From the human T2T-CHM13v2.0 reference genome, Homo sapiens: a stretch of DNA of 64,000 nt. Of this stretch, positions 32,461-49,379 are shown one piece after another. A program made the position numbers and the translations under genes. The stretch lies in the NCBI RefSeq assembly GCF_009914755.1, contig NC_060931.1. One strand, given 5' to 3'. Below the pieces are notes generated by a model. That model saw only the letters and a list, made by a program, of their open reading frames with translations. It made no database searches and was not told where the DNA came from. Numbering within the stretch: position 1 is the first letter of the stretch; each line of letters starts with the position of its first letter.

Positions 32461-32999
32461 TGCAGCATGAACAGTATGGAGACAATACTTATCTTCATGG
32501 AGTTTATATTAGAGTAAGACAAGAGGTAGGAGACTGCCTATTTTATTGTTCTCTTGAAAAGACTGGGTATTTTACTTTTATGAAAGGCTTTATAGCCTGC
32601 AGGGGCATTCTAATATGGATTTTGGGGGTGAAGAGAGAAATAGGTGTAGAAAGTAAGTTCAGGGGTGCAGAGACCCATAGGTTTTTTAAAAGAGAAGTCA
32701 GGGGAAGGTCTCTTAAGGTAGTAGTGGAGTCCAAATTATTCTATGTCCCTTGTAGCTCCTACCCTTTGTATGCAGTAATTTTTTTTTAAATCGAAGACAG
32801 GGGAAGGTCTCTTAAGGTAATAGTAGAGACCAAATTATTCTATCTCCCTCGTAGCTCCTTCCCTGTGTATGCAGTTAACGGAGTGTGGTTTCCCCACTTG
32901 TCCCGAAATCTTCTAGGCACAACAGATTCCTGTAGTGAGCTGCATGCAAGGAAGAAGCCTGGTAGGTGAGTAATTATTATAATCACCAAGAACCCTGAA

Positions 33000-35545
33000 A
33001 GTAACTACTGATACTTTATTTAAATCAAGTAGCTAATTAAAAATGTGAATATACAACCAAATCCCAAGACACGAATATCATGAAAAGGAAACATCAAAAT
33101 AAATAAGCAAAAAACTTGACCTTTCATGAAACAGCTAATGCAAATGAAAACTCCAATTATTGTTTTCACAGAAGTTTAAGAGGATAATGCATCCATATAA
33201 TTAAAATAAGCTCCAGTGAAAAGGAGTTTTCAGAAATTCTAAGAAAAATATATTTGCCTAATTTAAAGCCTCAAAAGAAAGTTGAAGAGCAAAATGCACA
33301 CAGCTGAAGCTGACAGTATTAAAGACTCAGTGATGATATTCTCTGAGAACACAGAAAGAAAAGAAATAGATAATATGATAAAAGCAATAACAGAAATTCA
33401 AAAAAGAGAGGCTAAAGTGAAAGAATAAGAGAACAACAACAACACACACATCACCCCTCCAAACCTTATGAATTTCCAGAGAGAAAAACTATATAGGAAT
33501 TTTCATCTGTAATGCTCAATGCTAGAACACAAAGAAGCAATGTCAACAAAATGTTGAATGAAACTCACAAATATCTATTAACCAATCTATCAATCAAATA
33601 TGAGGGCAAAATAAAGCCATTTTTCAGGTAAGAAAGCACCCAGAAAGCATGCCAATTCTACATGTCAAGGAAAAATAAATCAGTAAAATTTGAAGTCAAG
33701 TCCAAAGATTGCTGGTGTCTTTAATGTAAATGTTTAGAGACTTCTTAAAACATAACAGATAAGACAACAATCTAGAAAGTAAATTTCAGCATAACCTGGA
33801 AGGAGAGGGTGTCTAGGCAGGGACAAGTAGAAATATTCCAACAGCTCAGTGCTGAAGCAAGCAGGTCTCTAGGTACAGAGCCTGAGTATGAATTCTGCCT
33901 CCACTACTCACTGGCTGTGTGCCTTTCAGAAAATTACTTACCTTCTTACTGGTTTCCTCATCTGTAAATAATGGGAATAACTGACTCCCTTCTCACAAGG
34001 TGACTGTGAAGATTTATTGAGTTAATACTGGTAAGAAGCTTAAAATACTGTCAGACACACAGGAAATAATAACTGTTAGCTACTATCGTTGGTGGTAACA
34101 GGTTTTAGATGCTGATGAATTCTTAATATCAAGATGAATATATTTGCTAATAATTTAAGAGAAACCACCAGGAAATATAGAAATGGGATATAGCTAACAA
34201 TTCAGCAAGTATCAAGAAAATAATTTTTGAAAAGCATGATGAATAGAAAACATAAAATCAGATGGCAGGGAGAAGTACAAACACAGCAGTTATCACCGTT
34301 AATATGAAAATGGGTTAAATTCACCAATTAGAAAACGAGTATTAGAGGAATTTGAATAGAAAAAATCTAACAATGAGAAATATACCTAAACCAAAATGTC
34401 ACAAAAATGTTAAAAAAAAAAGCATAAATACAGGTAAACCAGGAAAATCTATAAAAAAGAAAGCAGAGGTGGCAATATTAATTTTACACAAAGAAAAATT
34501 TACAGCAAAAAACCACTAAGTAAAGCAAAGAATATCCTTTATAATAAAAGTACAATCCTATAATAATCATGCAATGAACAACAGCACTATCTATATAAAG
34601 CAAACACTATTAAAATTATGAGACAATTTTGAAAAATTCATTTTTAATGTTGCATGTGAAGATAGCATTCTAAGAAAACAGAAAAAGTAGAAAAATAAGA
34701 GACCATTTAGAATAGCACTATTAATAACATGATATAACATGTAACTTTGAACTTCCCCTAAATAAGAAATGAACATTTAAAAAATCCTCACAGAGCATTT
34801 ACTAAAACTGAACATCCATCTCAATAAATAGCAAGTTAATTTTAAAGGCAAAATATACAACAGAAGAAACTAGTTAGACATTTTTAAAAATTATCATTAT
34901 CATTATTATTATTATTGAGACGGAGCCTCGCACTGTTGCCAGGCTGGAGTGTGGTGGCAATCTTGGCTCACTGCAACCTCCGACTCCTGGGTTCCAGCAA
35001 TTCTCCTGCCTCAGCCTCCCGAGTAGCTGGGATTACAGGTGCGTGCCACCACGCCCAGCTAATTTGTGTATTTTTAGTGGAGACGGGGTTTCACCATGTT
35101 GGCCAGGATGGTCTCGATCTCTTGACCTCGTGATCCGCCCGCCTTGGCCTCCCAAAGTGCTGGGATTATAGGCATGAGCCACCGCACCTGGCCTAAAACT
35201 AGTTAGACATTTTAAGACATTCTTCTAAGTGATTTTGGATTAAATGATCAAAACTCAAATCACAGACTACACAGAAATCAACATTAATGGTAATGCTACA
35301 CACATCATGGGATACAGTGTGCATTTTCTTCAGAGAAAAAGTTATAACTTTAAATGTATTTACTAGGACACAATAATGATTGATAATAAATGATGTGAAC
35401 TTTAGACACAGAAAAACAACAAAAGTGCACCAAAAGAAAAACTAAGGACATAAACATGTAAGCAGAGATTAATAAAATGGAGAACAACTTTCATAAATAT
35501 AAGGAATAAAACCAAAAGCTGATTTTATGAAAAATCCAAAAAAGA
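33000..35545 (+). mobile_element. Degraded old L1M (ORF1/EN region) containing a MIR (~33840-34085) and an Alu
   Basis: A-rich L1-like text (gggttaaattcaccaattagaaaa, aaagcagaggtggcaatattaat); boundaries approximate. Confidence 0.6.
34890..35193 (-). mobile_element. Alu (AluSc-like) with (ATT)n tail and 18-bp TSD aaactagttagacatttt
   Basis: TSD at 34867-34884 and 35196-35213. Confidence 0.95.
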
Positions 35546-36660
35546 ATGGACTCGTTATGGACTAATGCAGCTGGTGACTTTCGGTTGAAGCCAATGTTCA
35601 TTTACCACTTTGAAATTCCTGAGGCCTTTTTTCAGAATTATGCTACATCTACTCTGCCTCTACTCTACAAATGGAACAACAAAGCCTGGATGACAGCACA
35701 TCTGTCACAGCATGATTTACTGAATATTTAAAACCCACTCTTGAGACCTACTTCCCAGAAAAAAAGATTCCTTTCAAAATATTATTGCTCATTGACAATG
35801 CGGCTGGTCACCCAAGAGCTCTGATAGAGATTGACAAGGAGATTAAGGTTGCAGGAAAGCAGGCTGGATCAAGGAGTCATTTCAACTTTCAAGTCTTGTT
35901 ATTTAAGAAATATATGTCATAAGGCTATAGCTGTCATAGATAGTGATTCCTGTGATGGATTTGGGTAAATTGAAAATCTTCTGGAAATGATTCACCATTC
36001 TAGATGCCATTAAGGATATTTGTGATTCATGGATGGAGGTCAAAATACTGACATCAATAAGAGATGGGAAGCAGTTGATTCCAACTTATTTTCTACTTTA
36101 TCTGTCATTTTCTTAGAATGTTTTCTTCTCATATAATATTAAAAATGATTCCAACCCTCATGGGTGACTCTGAGGGGTCCAAGACTTCAGCAGAGGAAGT
36201 CACTGCAGATGTGGTGGAAACAGCAAGAGAACTTGAATTAGAAGTAGAGCCTGAAGACGTGACTGAATTGCTGCAATCTCATGATAAAACTTTAATGGAT
36301 GAGGAGTTGCTTCTTATGGATAAGCAAAGACAGTGGTTTCTTGAGATAGAATCTACTCCTGGTGAACATGCTGTGAACACTGTTGAAATGAAAACAAAGG
36401 ATTCAGAAGATGACATAGATTTGGTTGATAAAGCATGGCAGGGTTTGAGAGGACTGACTCCAATTTTGAAAGTAGTTCTACTGTTGGTAAAATGCTATCA
36501 AACAGCATTGTATGCTACAGAGCAATTTTTCACGAAAGGAAGGGTCAATCAATGTGGCAAACTTCATTGTCTTATTTTAAGAAATTGCTACGGCCACCTG
36601 ATCAGTCAGAAGCTATCACCATTGAAGCAAGACCTTCTACCAGCAGAAAGATTACAACTC
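35546..36660 (+). mobile_element. Tigger1 internal (transposase) fragment, no TIRs seen
   Basis: ORFs [15 protein letters not shown]...[10 protein letters not shown] and EEVTADVVETARELELEVEPEDVTELLQSHD are Tigger1/TIGD1-type. Confidence 0.9.
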
Positions 36661-36664
36661 TAAT

Positions 36665-37903
<1,239 letters not shown>

Positions 37904-38217
37904 AAGGAAACTTTCTTAATGAAATAAAGGCTATCTATTATATAATAACAGCAAATGAAACAGTGAGACACTAAAGGCATTCTTCACTTTAGAGTCAGAA
38001 ACAAAATAAGGGCAAGCCCATCATCACTGCAATTCAAAGTTGTTCTGGAAGTTCTAGCTAATACACAAGACAAGAAAGTAAAGAAGTATAAATATTAGAA
38101 AGTTATTACTATTTGTAGATTATATGATAACCTGCCTAGAAAATCCAGAGCATCAATGGAAAAACTATTAGAACCAGAAAGAAAGTTTGGTAACGTGGCT
38201 AGATAAAAACGTGTTGC

Positions 38218-38249
<32 letters not shown>

Positions 38250-38700
38250 GCAGCTTTCCTATAAACTAAAAGATCAATATAAGAGACAATCTAAAACAGA
38301 CTCAAGTACAATGAGAACTGGTAAGTGATAAAAGCTGACTTTTGGAAAAAAGATTTATGCAATACTGTGATGGGACAATACCTCATTAGAGGGGGAAAGG
38401 TAGACTCCTCTATGTCACTATACCACAAAATTAATGCAAGAGTAATAAATAACCTATATGTGAATAGAAACTTATGAAAGAAAATATGAAAAAAATATTT
38501 TCATGTTTTTGGTTTAGGGAAGTGTTTCTAAGCAACATATCAACCCAGAAAAAATATATAACTGTGATTGTACAGAAATTTTGAAGTTCTACAAAGCAGA
38601 GACCATAAATGAACTATAAGTTGACATCTTGGAAGAAACTATGTAATACACATAAGAGACAAAATGTTACGTCTATGGAAAAAGCAAAAACATAACACAT

Positions 38701-39006
38701 GGCTGGGCACAGTGGCTCATGCCTGCAATCCCAGCACTTTGGGAGGCCCAGGTGGCTGGATCACTTGAGGTCAGGAGTTCGAGACCAGCCTGGCCAACAT
38801 GGCAAAACCCTGTCTCTACTAAAAATACAAAAATTAGCTGAGTGTGATGACGGGTGCCTGTTATCCCAGCTACTCCAGAGGCTGGAGCAGGAGAATTGCT
38901 TGAACCCCAGAGGCAGAGGTTGCAGTGAGCCGAGATTGTGCCACTGCATACACAGCAGCGAGACAAAAAAACAAAACAAAACAAAACAACAACAACAAAA
39001 AAAAAA
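38701..39006 (+). mobile_element. Alu (AluS-like) within degraded L1M (~37920-39520)
   Basis: ggctgggcacagtggctc... dimer with (AAAAC)n tail. Confidence 0.95.
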
Positions 39007-40599
39007 CCCACAAAACAACTTTTAAAGGTCAAAAAGAAACATAGTAAACAAACACATGAAAAGCTGCAAAACTCCACTGACAAAGAATTTACACAATAAA
39101 ATGAATTGTTTTTACCTATCAGAAAAAATTAAAAGCTTGATAACGATGTTGGTGGAGTTGCAGAGAAATGGACACTCTCATCATTATAATTTCTCAGTTT
39201 TAACAAATTCTAAAATATGCAGGCCTCATAATCAGCAGTCCAAATTCAAATATTTTATACTATAGAAATACTTAGAATAAGTGTACCAAGATACACGAAC
39301 CAGGATGTTCAATCCTCAAAACATTGGTTTTTTTTATGACAAAAGTTATATATAATCTAAACTTTCATTGATATGGGAAAGGCAGTCACGCATGATGGTC
39401 AACAATAAAATCCTAAGACCATTATAAAATATAATGAAGATCAAGGAAGAGGCCCAAGACACACTATTAAATACAAGTAACAAGTTGCAGAATAAGAAGA
39501 ATACAATTCTATTTTTTAAAAATATTGTGTTTCTATATGTGTTTTCTAAAATAAAACATACAAAGCTACTTACAATCAGCACCCAGGGGAGCAGATCTAA
39601 GAGAGGGGAGTATTCCCTCTCTTTCTGATACACTGGTTTTTCAGAATGTATTACTACTAGCCCCTGCTATTATTATTTTTGAGATTTAACCTGGAACCCT
39701 CTGCCCCTACACAACAGGCCTGTCACTTTCAAATATGTAATCAATACATAGACTTCCATATTCTGAGTAATTATCTTCCATCCACTGACCCCTCCGAGTC
39801 TGTCGCTTCCACATTACACCCTCTGCAATATATGAAGACAGTTGCCACATACCCTTCAATCTTCTATTATCCAATTAAATATCCCAAGTCCCTTCATGCA
39901 CTCCTTATGGGAACAGTGTCCAGGGTTCCCCATTCATTCTTTTTTAGAATGCCAAGACACATTTCCCTGGGCTCCATCTGTCCTGAACAATATAGAATGG
40001 GTCTATTATCCCTTTTATTTTGGAAACAATTTCAACAGATGCACCTAAGAGCTTAATTAGCTCTTCTGACAACCATACACAGCTGTTTATTAAAAATACA
40101 AGCATGGAGTATGGAGTTCATAGAAATTCTTTCTACTGTCTTCACAATTTTTCTATAAATCTAAAACTATTCTATAAAGTAGAAGTCACAAAATAAAATC
40201 AAATATTCTATTTACAAATATAAAATGTAACTTGAAAATTACTATTAGGTACTATGCTCACTACCTGGGTACAATATACACATGTAACAAGCCTGTACAT
40301 GTGCCCCCTGCATCTAAAATAAAAGTTGAACACTAAAAAACATGTCATTTGAGATCATATTTCCCTCAGAAGGAAATTTTCTTCACAATTTACTTCTTGA
40401 GTCTTGTAGCAATTTACTTATGTGTGACTGATATGATACATTTTGCTGGCATCTGCTTATGCTAGTGACATTACTAAAAGCATCCAAAAATGTTATACAA
40501 TAAATAGTTTTAACAATAAGTTTAGAAGAAAATTCATAAATATTCAGGAACACAAATAATTATACCCCCTCTGAAAGTTAAAAAAGAAGGAAAAAGAAA

Positions 40600-42545
<1,946 letters not shown>

Positions 42546-42821
42546 TTTAGCTTACTGACTTTAAATTCTAATATATATTATAATTTATCAATTTAAACTT
42601 TGAGTTAGTTCACAAATATAAATATCTCCAAAACAAGTCCAAATACATATAAGAAATCTGTAAGAATAATATTTTTAAGGAAACATTTAAGTTTGGTTCA
42701 TATCTCCTTTCTTAATCATAATGCTAAAGTTTAATGCATATTCATTTGAAAAATTAATGTTATAGTATGTTATTTAATAATGGAATACTGTATGTTTTAA
42801 AAAGAATGATGATATAATTAC

Positions 42822-42868
42822 CTTAGATAAATGTTTGTAGCTAAAACACACGAAATATCACGAACAGT
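42822..42868 (-). pseudogene. DPY19L2P1: DPY19L2-like exon 16 (47 nt) TVRDISCVLATNIYL(R)
   Basis: cag|ACT...AG|gtaatt; phase 0/2. Confidence 0.9.
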
Positions 42869-43160
42869 CTGTGAATAGAATCAAATCAATGAAACTTTTG
42901 TAAGGAATACTGCAATATTTAAAATGCTCTGATTCATTTATATAAACACTCCGCCAAAGAAAGAAGTATTTTTTAATGTTTAAGGGAGTCCTCAGGAACA
43001 GGACAGTCATACTATAAGATGCCTTCCTTTTCTCCTTCCGAGAAGTGACTTCACATCATTGAAAACTAAATGACCATCAGAAGTATCCTTGGGGTGAAAA
43101 ATAAGCCGCAATAGGACAAATAAAGACTGGGGGGTTTATAAGAAAGCAGAAAGGAAGGAG

Positions 43161-43200
43161 TGAAACTTGGCTGGCTTGCAGGGATGAGAGAGAGAGAGAA

Positions 43201-43248
<48 letters not shown>

Positions 43249-43432
43249 AAACTTGGCCGGCTACAGGGATTTGTGTGTGTGTGTCTGTATGTGTGTATGC
43301 ATGTATGAAACTTGGCTAGCTGTAGGGATGTTTGTATGTGTGTGTGTGCGTGCGTGTGTGTGTGTATGAAACTTGACTGGCTGCAGGGACGTGTGTGTGG
43401 GTGTATGTGTGTGTGTGTGTGTGTGTGTGTAT
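43161..43432 (+). repeat. Compound minisatellite: 4 x ~24-bp core TGAAACTTGGCTGGCTGCAGGGAT separated by (GA)n/(GT)n tracts
   Basis: Cores start at 43161, 43247, 43306 and 43367. Confidence 0.9.
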
Positions 43433-44722
43433 GCACATGCCCCTGCTAGTGCACATGCATAATTCAGGTTGTGGTGTGTCTGGAAACTAGGAATGTATTT
43501 ATAAGTCTTGGATCTTAATTTTTTAAAATATAGGAGTTGCGGATCTAGCTATCAGTTTCTCTCACATTGCTGACTCTCCACTGAATAGTTAATTCATGCA
43601 TTGGTCCCTCTAAGTGGAGCCTTAGAAGAATAACTCGACATTTTGCCTTGATGGAAAAGAAACAGGCCAGTAGAGAAAATCTTCATTCTAAGCCAGCATG
43701 GGCCAAAATGATGCAGGGCGGTAAACCTGCTCACATTTTACTCATTCCTCCTTGTTTCCTTTATCCTGACTCTTTCCACGTGGTCCGCAGGGAACTGGAT
43801 CAAGGGTGAAACCACAGAGGTGTCGAGGGAGATGCCTTTCTCACTCCTAAATTATTCACATCTCTGTGTAAACAAAGGAGTGAGAAGTGTGGCAACTAAA
43901 ACTACATAGAGAAGATATGCAATTTGACTGTAAATACAGAAAACTTTCAACAAGAACACAACTGGTATGGTGGTAGGGAAATTGCGTTATTGTTATCTGC
44001 TTAAAAGTATACAATAAATACATACTGGCTTAAGACTTGATAGCTTGTAAGTAACATAAATAAAGATGGCTCAAGACTGTTTAAAAAAATACCCACTGTC
44101 TTTAACCATGCTTTTAGCTAAAACTCCACCCAGACCAAGAAAACCTACCAGTGGTATTTTAAAGATTATTTTTTTCATTGAGATGTTCTTTTCTTCTGTC
44201 ATGAAAACAGTGAACATGTAGAAAAGTATTTTTTAATTAGCTATACAAATTTCTTCTACGCAGGCCCACTCAAAACAGATCAAGACTTCACCGTGCTTTA
44301 TATTTGAAAGATATTAACATTGTTGTCCCTGGACTTTTCTATCATAGCACCTATAAAAATTTTAATTCTTTAGACATTTGTGTGATTATTTGCTTCATGT
44401 TTGCACCCCCACCCCCAATAATCCAGGATTGTAAGTTCCAAGACAGGAGCGGCCACGTTTTATTTGTCCGGGTGTACCTACAATGTTAATGTAGTCCTTG
44501 ATACACAGTTGGTGACTGGTATATATCTTTTGAGAGAAAAAATAAGAATACCTTTTATCATGGCTTTTTATAAAAAGATCGATGATGAAAGATCTAAACA
44601 AAAAGCAAACTTTTAGAGACAGAAAGAGTTCATCCTAAAAATAACATGGAATTCTGAGCAATTTGCATTATTATAGTCCTTATATTGATGCCAAAAACAA
44701 ATAATAATTTGTTTAAAAATAC

Positions 44723-44794
44723 CTTTTTAAAGATAAAACATGTAATCACCATAACAACTGGAAGCAATAATGTCTTTGTGTATCTCAGTGGAGT
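44723..44794 (-). pseudogene. DPY19L2P1: DPY19L2-like exon 15 (72 nt) TPLRYTKTLLLPVVMVITCFIFKK
   Basis: cag|ACT...AAG|gtattt; hydrophobic TM-like segment. Confidence 0.92.
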
Positions 44795-45730
44795 CTGAAA
44801 TATACCAAATTATTCAAAATAGTTACTTACAATTTTTACATTAAATTAGTAAACATCTATGTCAAACTAAGTGCCATGATAACATTCCTTAAAAGTAAAA
44901 GGTTAAATTTCTTTGTCATCAGCAGAATATATATTTATTATCTTCCATGCCTTAATAAAATAATTAAAATTATAAAAATAGTTATAAAAAGTATTCCAAA
45001 AATTTAATGAAAAATTTATTATTTTAATAAAACTAGAATTGCTATATCTATTTTTTCTTTTCTTTTTTTATTTACATAATACTAAGTTTTAAAATGTGTG
45101 TTTACCGATCCCTGGGTCCTACATTGTAACTTTCTGTACTACACAGCTCCATTATTTTCATTAGTGAAACTAGAGCTAACAAGAAAGAAAGCTAATCAAA
45201 GTTAATGACTAAAACTATGAATAAGTACAGAAATAACATTGGCTAACTAATTCTGATGACCTGTTATTGTGATGATAAGGAGTAATTTACCAGGTAACTA
45301 AATTATACATTTCTTAAAAGCAAGAAACCAGTTCATTTTCCTCTTTGTCGTGCTATAGCAAACTGCCTCATGGATAACTAGTGGTCAATAATAGTTTTTG
45401 AATGAATGGGATGACTGGTTGGATGGATAAGAGAAGGATGTAAAATTTTATTATTTACCACTAATTCAGAATTCATAATGATTACACAAGGAATAATCAA
45501 TCCAGTAGCAACTTTGTTATGTTCTATGAAGAAAATTAAGCTACAAATAGAGGAAACAGCCCTGGATTGAGAGTTCTAGAATCCATTAGAATCCATGTCC
45601 TGATCTTGGCTTGTGTGTGCCTTAGGCAAATCTTTTAAGCTTTTCTTTATCTGCAAATGAAAGAACTATATGGCATGGTCTCTAAGAGCCCTTCCTGATC
45701 TTGTGTTCCATGATTCTACAAAGAGGCCAA

Positions 45731-46055
<325 letters not shown>

Positions 46056-46580
46056 TAAAGCTTTATAACATTAACTTTTTAAAAAGAATAATACCTTGCA
46101 TTTGTATAATTTAAAATGAATTTTTATATGTTCATTAAAACTCATCAGTAGCATACCTTTCTTGATAACATCTTGTTAAAAATGTTATAATATTTGGGGT
46201 GTTAACTGTAATAAAACTGAATTTCTTAAAAACAGAAACAAGAATTTAGACTTTTTCCTGAATGGTCCCATATTTCCAAGTGGCCTAGATTATTAAAAGT
46301 AATTGATTTGTAATAATAGTAATTATTATGGGTCATATAGTATGTTAAACACTCTTCTCCGATTATCTCATTTAACCATCATCAATAACTCTATAAGATA
46401 GAGGCTATTTTTTTTTTTAACAGACAAAAAAACAAGTGAGGAAGGTAGATTAGCAAAAGTTACAGTAAAAAAAATAAAATAAGTTGACTGTTTCTGTGCA
46501 AAAATTTTGAGTTTCAGATTTTAAAAAAACCTAGAGCAAAAACTCATATTAGTAAAGAAGGAAAAAGGAAACATTCATAC

Positions 46581-46682
46581 CGCTTTTTCCATGAAGTCAA
46601 ATTCGGGAGCACAGGTGTATATTAAAGTATCAAAATCTGTATACCTTAAGATTCTGGCTGCTATAAGATCACTCAGGCGAAT
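46581..46682 (-). pseudogene. DPY19L2P1: DPY19L2-like exon 14 (102 nt) IRLSDLIAARILRYTDFDTLIYTCAPEFDFMEKA
   Basis: cag|ATT...GCG|gtatga; DPY19-family DFDTLIYTCAPEFDF motif. Confidence 0.93.
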
Positions 46683-47658
46683 CTGGGAGAAAATAAAGTA
46701 AAATGAATTAAAATTACACAAATGATTATAGCCTACAGCCAGTAATACTTTATTGATGTAAGAATAACAAAGTTTATAGAGCAGATAAATCCAATGTATT
46801 TAGACATCCCTCTAAGAAAAAAACTACAGTGAACCAAATATACCATGTGCTGACTTCTCAAGATAACTGAAAATAAAGAGAAATATCATGAAAAATGAAA
46901 AGTAGAAAGAAGTCAGAAAAAATAAAGAGAAGATGATAAAGAGTGAGCTAAAATCAATATCTGCTGAGAAGAAACCACCATGTAGTTAATTACATTTTAT
47001 AATAAGACAATTTATCATGAAAAACTATTTTACTTAATCTCTTTCAACATACATTGTAGGTCATAAGCTTTCTGTGCACTGTCATTTTCACAAAGCCTCG
47101 CAGACTGATTACAATATTTGGTACTTCTTGATGTTTTACAGACATATATTCAAACCATTGAATATGAGACCTGATCCTCATAAGAATTACAACAATTATA
47201 CATACCACTTTTATCTTTGACTTAGCTATTTGATCTCCAAGGCTAAAAGTAGATACTAACAACCAAACCCAATGCAGAACTTCTATTTTTCTACTGATTA
47301 TTTACAACCTGCTCTTGGTGAGACAATTATTTTTCCACAGCATCCTCAGAAGGCCAGAAAAAGGAAAATATTTGGCAAGTAAACTCTTAATTCAAATTAT
47401 TTTATAGTGACAGAAATTATTTTATAACAAATTTGATGATTATGAGTGGTTTTCATTCAATTATTTTTCCTAATCTACCACTACTCAAGGATAATTTAGA
47501 GTTGCACTTTATTTTTCTAATTTAGAATAGGCCTGGTGACTAACAGTAATTTAACCAAACCACTATAATTTCAGGTATTCCTCCTAACTGTCACATAAAG
47601 GAAGTCACTCAGGACTACCAAGGAAGTGTGTTTGCATTTTTTTTTTTTTTAATTTGTA

Positions 47659-47962
47659 GGGCAGGCATGGTGGTTCACACCTGTAATCACCAGCACTTTG
47701 GGAGGCCAAGGCAGGCGGATCACTTGAGGTCAGGAGTTTGAGACCAGGCTGGCCAACATGCTGGAACCCCATCTCTACTAATAATACAAAAATTAGCCGG
47801 GTGTGGTAGCACGTGCCTATAATTCCAGCTACTCAGGAAGCTGAGGCACGAGAATCGCTTGAACCCAGGAAGTGCAGGTTGCAGTGACCCGAGATTGGCC
47901 ACTGCACTCCAGCCTGGGTGGCAGCGTGAGACTGTGTTTCAAAAAAAAAAAAAAAAAAAAAA
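47659..47962 (+). mobile_element. Alu (AluS-like)
   Basis: Dimer with poly(A); atttgta at both flanks. Confidence 0.95.
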
Positions 47963-49071
47963 GATTTAGATTTGTAAAGAGCTGGGGGTCAATGTGAAGT
48001 AAGGCAAGAAACATAATCATGAACAAACTTAACAGACAAATAAATAACTTAGAAGGTCTAAATAAAGTTTATCATAAGACATATATAATAAAGTTAAAAA
48101 CAATAAAAAGGAAAGGAGAATGGGGAAATGTGTCAGACATGCCAGAGAACAGCAGCAACAAATAAACTAATAAACCACCATGCAAAACTAGCAATAAATG
48201 GCAAATGTTTACATTTAGAAATTTTATTTAATATAAACATGTTGCATGTTATATTGCATAGAGACAGCATTTGACCTTTTAGAGAAGTAATACTATAATC
48301 CCTTGCCAAAGTACATAATTTCAGCATCAAATAGGGCCCTAATTGGATAGCATTAAATGAGGTAAATTTCAAAATTGATTATTGTATGATATACTCATGT
48401 ATGCTTATTTCTAAACAGAAAGTGCTAGAAATAAAAAGTAGATTCATGCATTGTTTTCTATTCCCTAAACCAGTTAGTTAAGCAGGGACTTAGGCCTTGA
48501 AAAGGGCTACTCTTTAAAACATTAACAAACAGAAATACTACATGAGAGATAAATGCTCTGCATTTATTTCCTAGAAAATGAAAAGATCAAAATTTTTTAA
48601 CATTCTCTTTTTATATAACAAGAAAGGCCTTAAAACATCAAATCATACATTGATTTTAGTCCATAGTTATAAATAAATAAAACAATACTGAGATTTTAAG
48701 AGTTCTATATTTTCAAAGCTGGGGACAGCCTCCCATATGTTAACATCTGCAATAAATGGATAACTTATGATGTAAACAACTAATTATTTGTATTTTAACT
48801 GAAATATAAACAAATAACTACTTAACAAACTATTAGTATTTTTTTTACTAAAAGGGCAAGTCAGCATTCATGAATATTTTTTCTTTTTAGTGGGTTGCAA
48901 AGATCACTGAACTGCAAGACTTTATTGTTGACTCTGCCAATAACTCGTCTAGAGACCTTAAAGAAGGCACTTAACCTCTGTAAAATGAAGAGATAGGAAT
49001 AGATGGTTTCAAAGTTTTCATTCAGCTACATATTTATAAGAACTTTTATGTTTTACCTAAAAAGTACTTAC

Positions 49072-49152
49072 GTGGTCTGAAACGCCTAAGATTTTAGATG
49101 TCAGAAATTTCAAAATGATTGTTCCACACCACCAGGCACTACCTTGAATTAG
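49072..49152 (-). pseudogene. DPY19L2P1: DPY19L2-like exon 13 (81 nt) LIQGSAWWCGTIILKFLTSKILGVSDH
   Basis: tag|CTA...CAC|gtaagt; phase 0/0. Confidence 0.92.
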
Positions 49153-49379
49153 CTAGAAAATAAAATAGAAGTCCAGTATTTAAACCTACAAATCACCCAG
49201 CTAAAGTATTCAATTATATCTATAAATGACATAGAAAAAATTTAATTATGTGAGGTATAAATGGTGAAGTTTTTTTAAAAAAGTTCCTTTAGAAAATCTT
49301 GTTTAAAAGCAAAGAATTAAAACTGATGACACTGGTATAAAATATATAGCAACACTAGAATTCTATATATCCTAAATCT

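Noticed and set aside
36118-36663. 181-aa ORF as a domesticated TIGD-like gene
   Set aside because: Only a C-terminal Tigger1 piece. It starts inside an unrelated insertion, shifts out of the transposase frame and lacks the DNA-binding and complete DDE regions.
43161-43432. CRISPR-like repeat-spacer appearance
   Set aside because: Primate DNA, spacers are simple (GT)n, repeats are non-palindromic and diverged, and there are no cas genes. Treated as a minisatellite.
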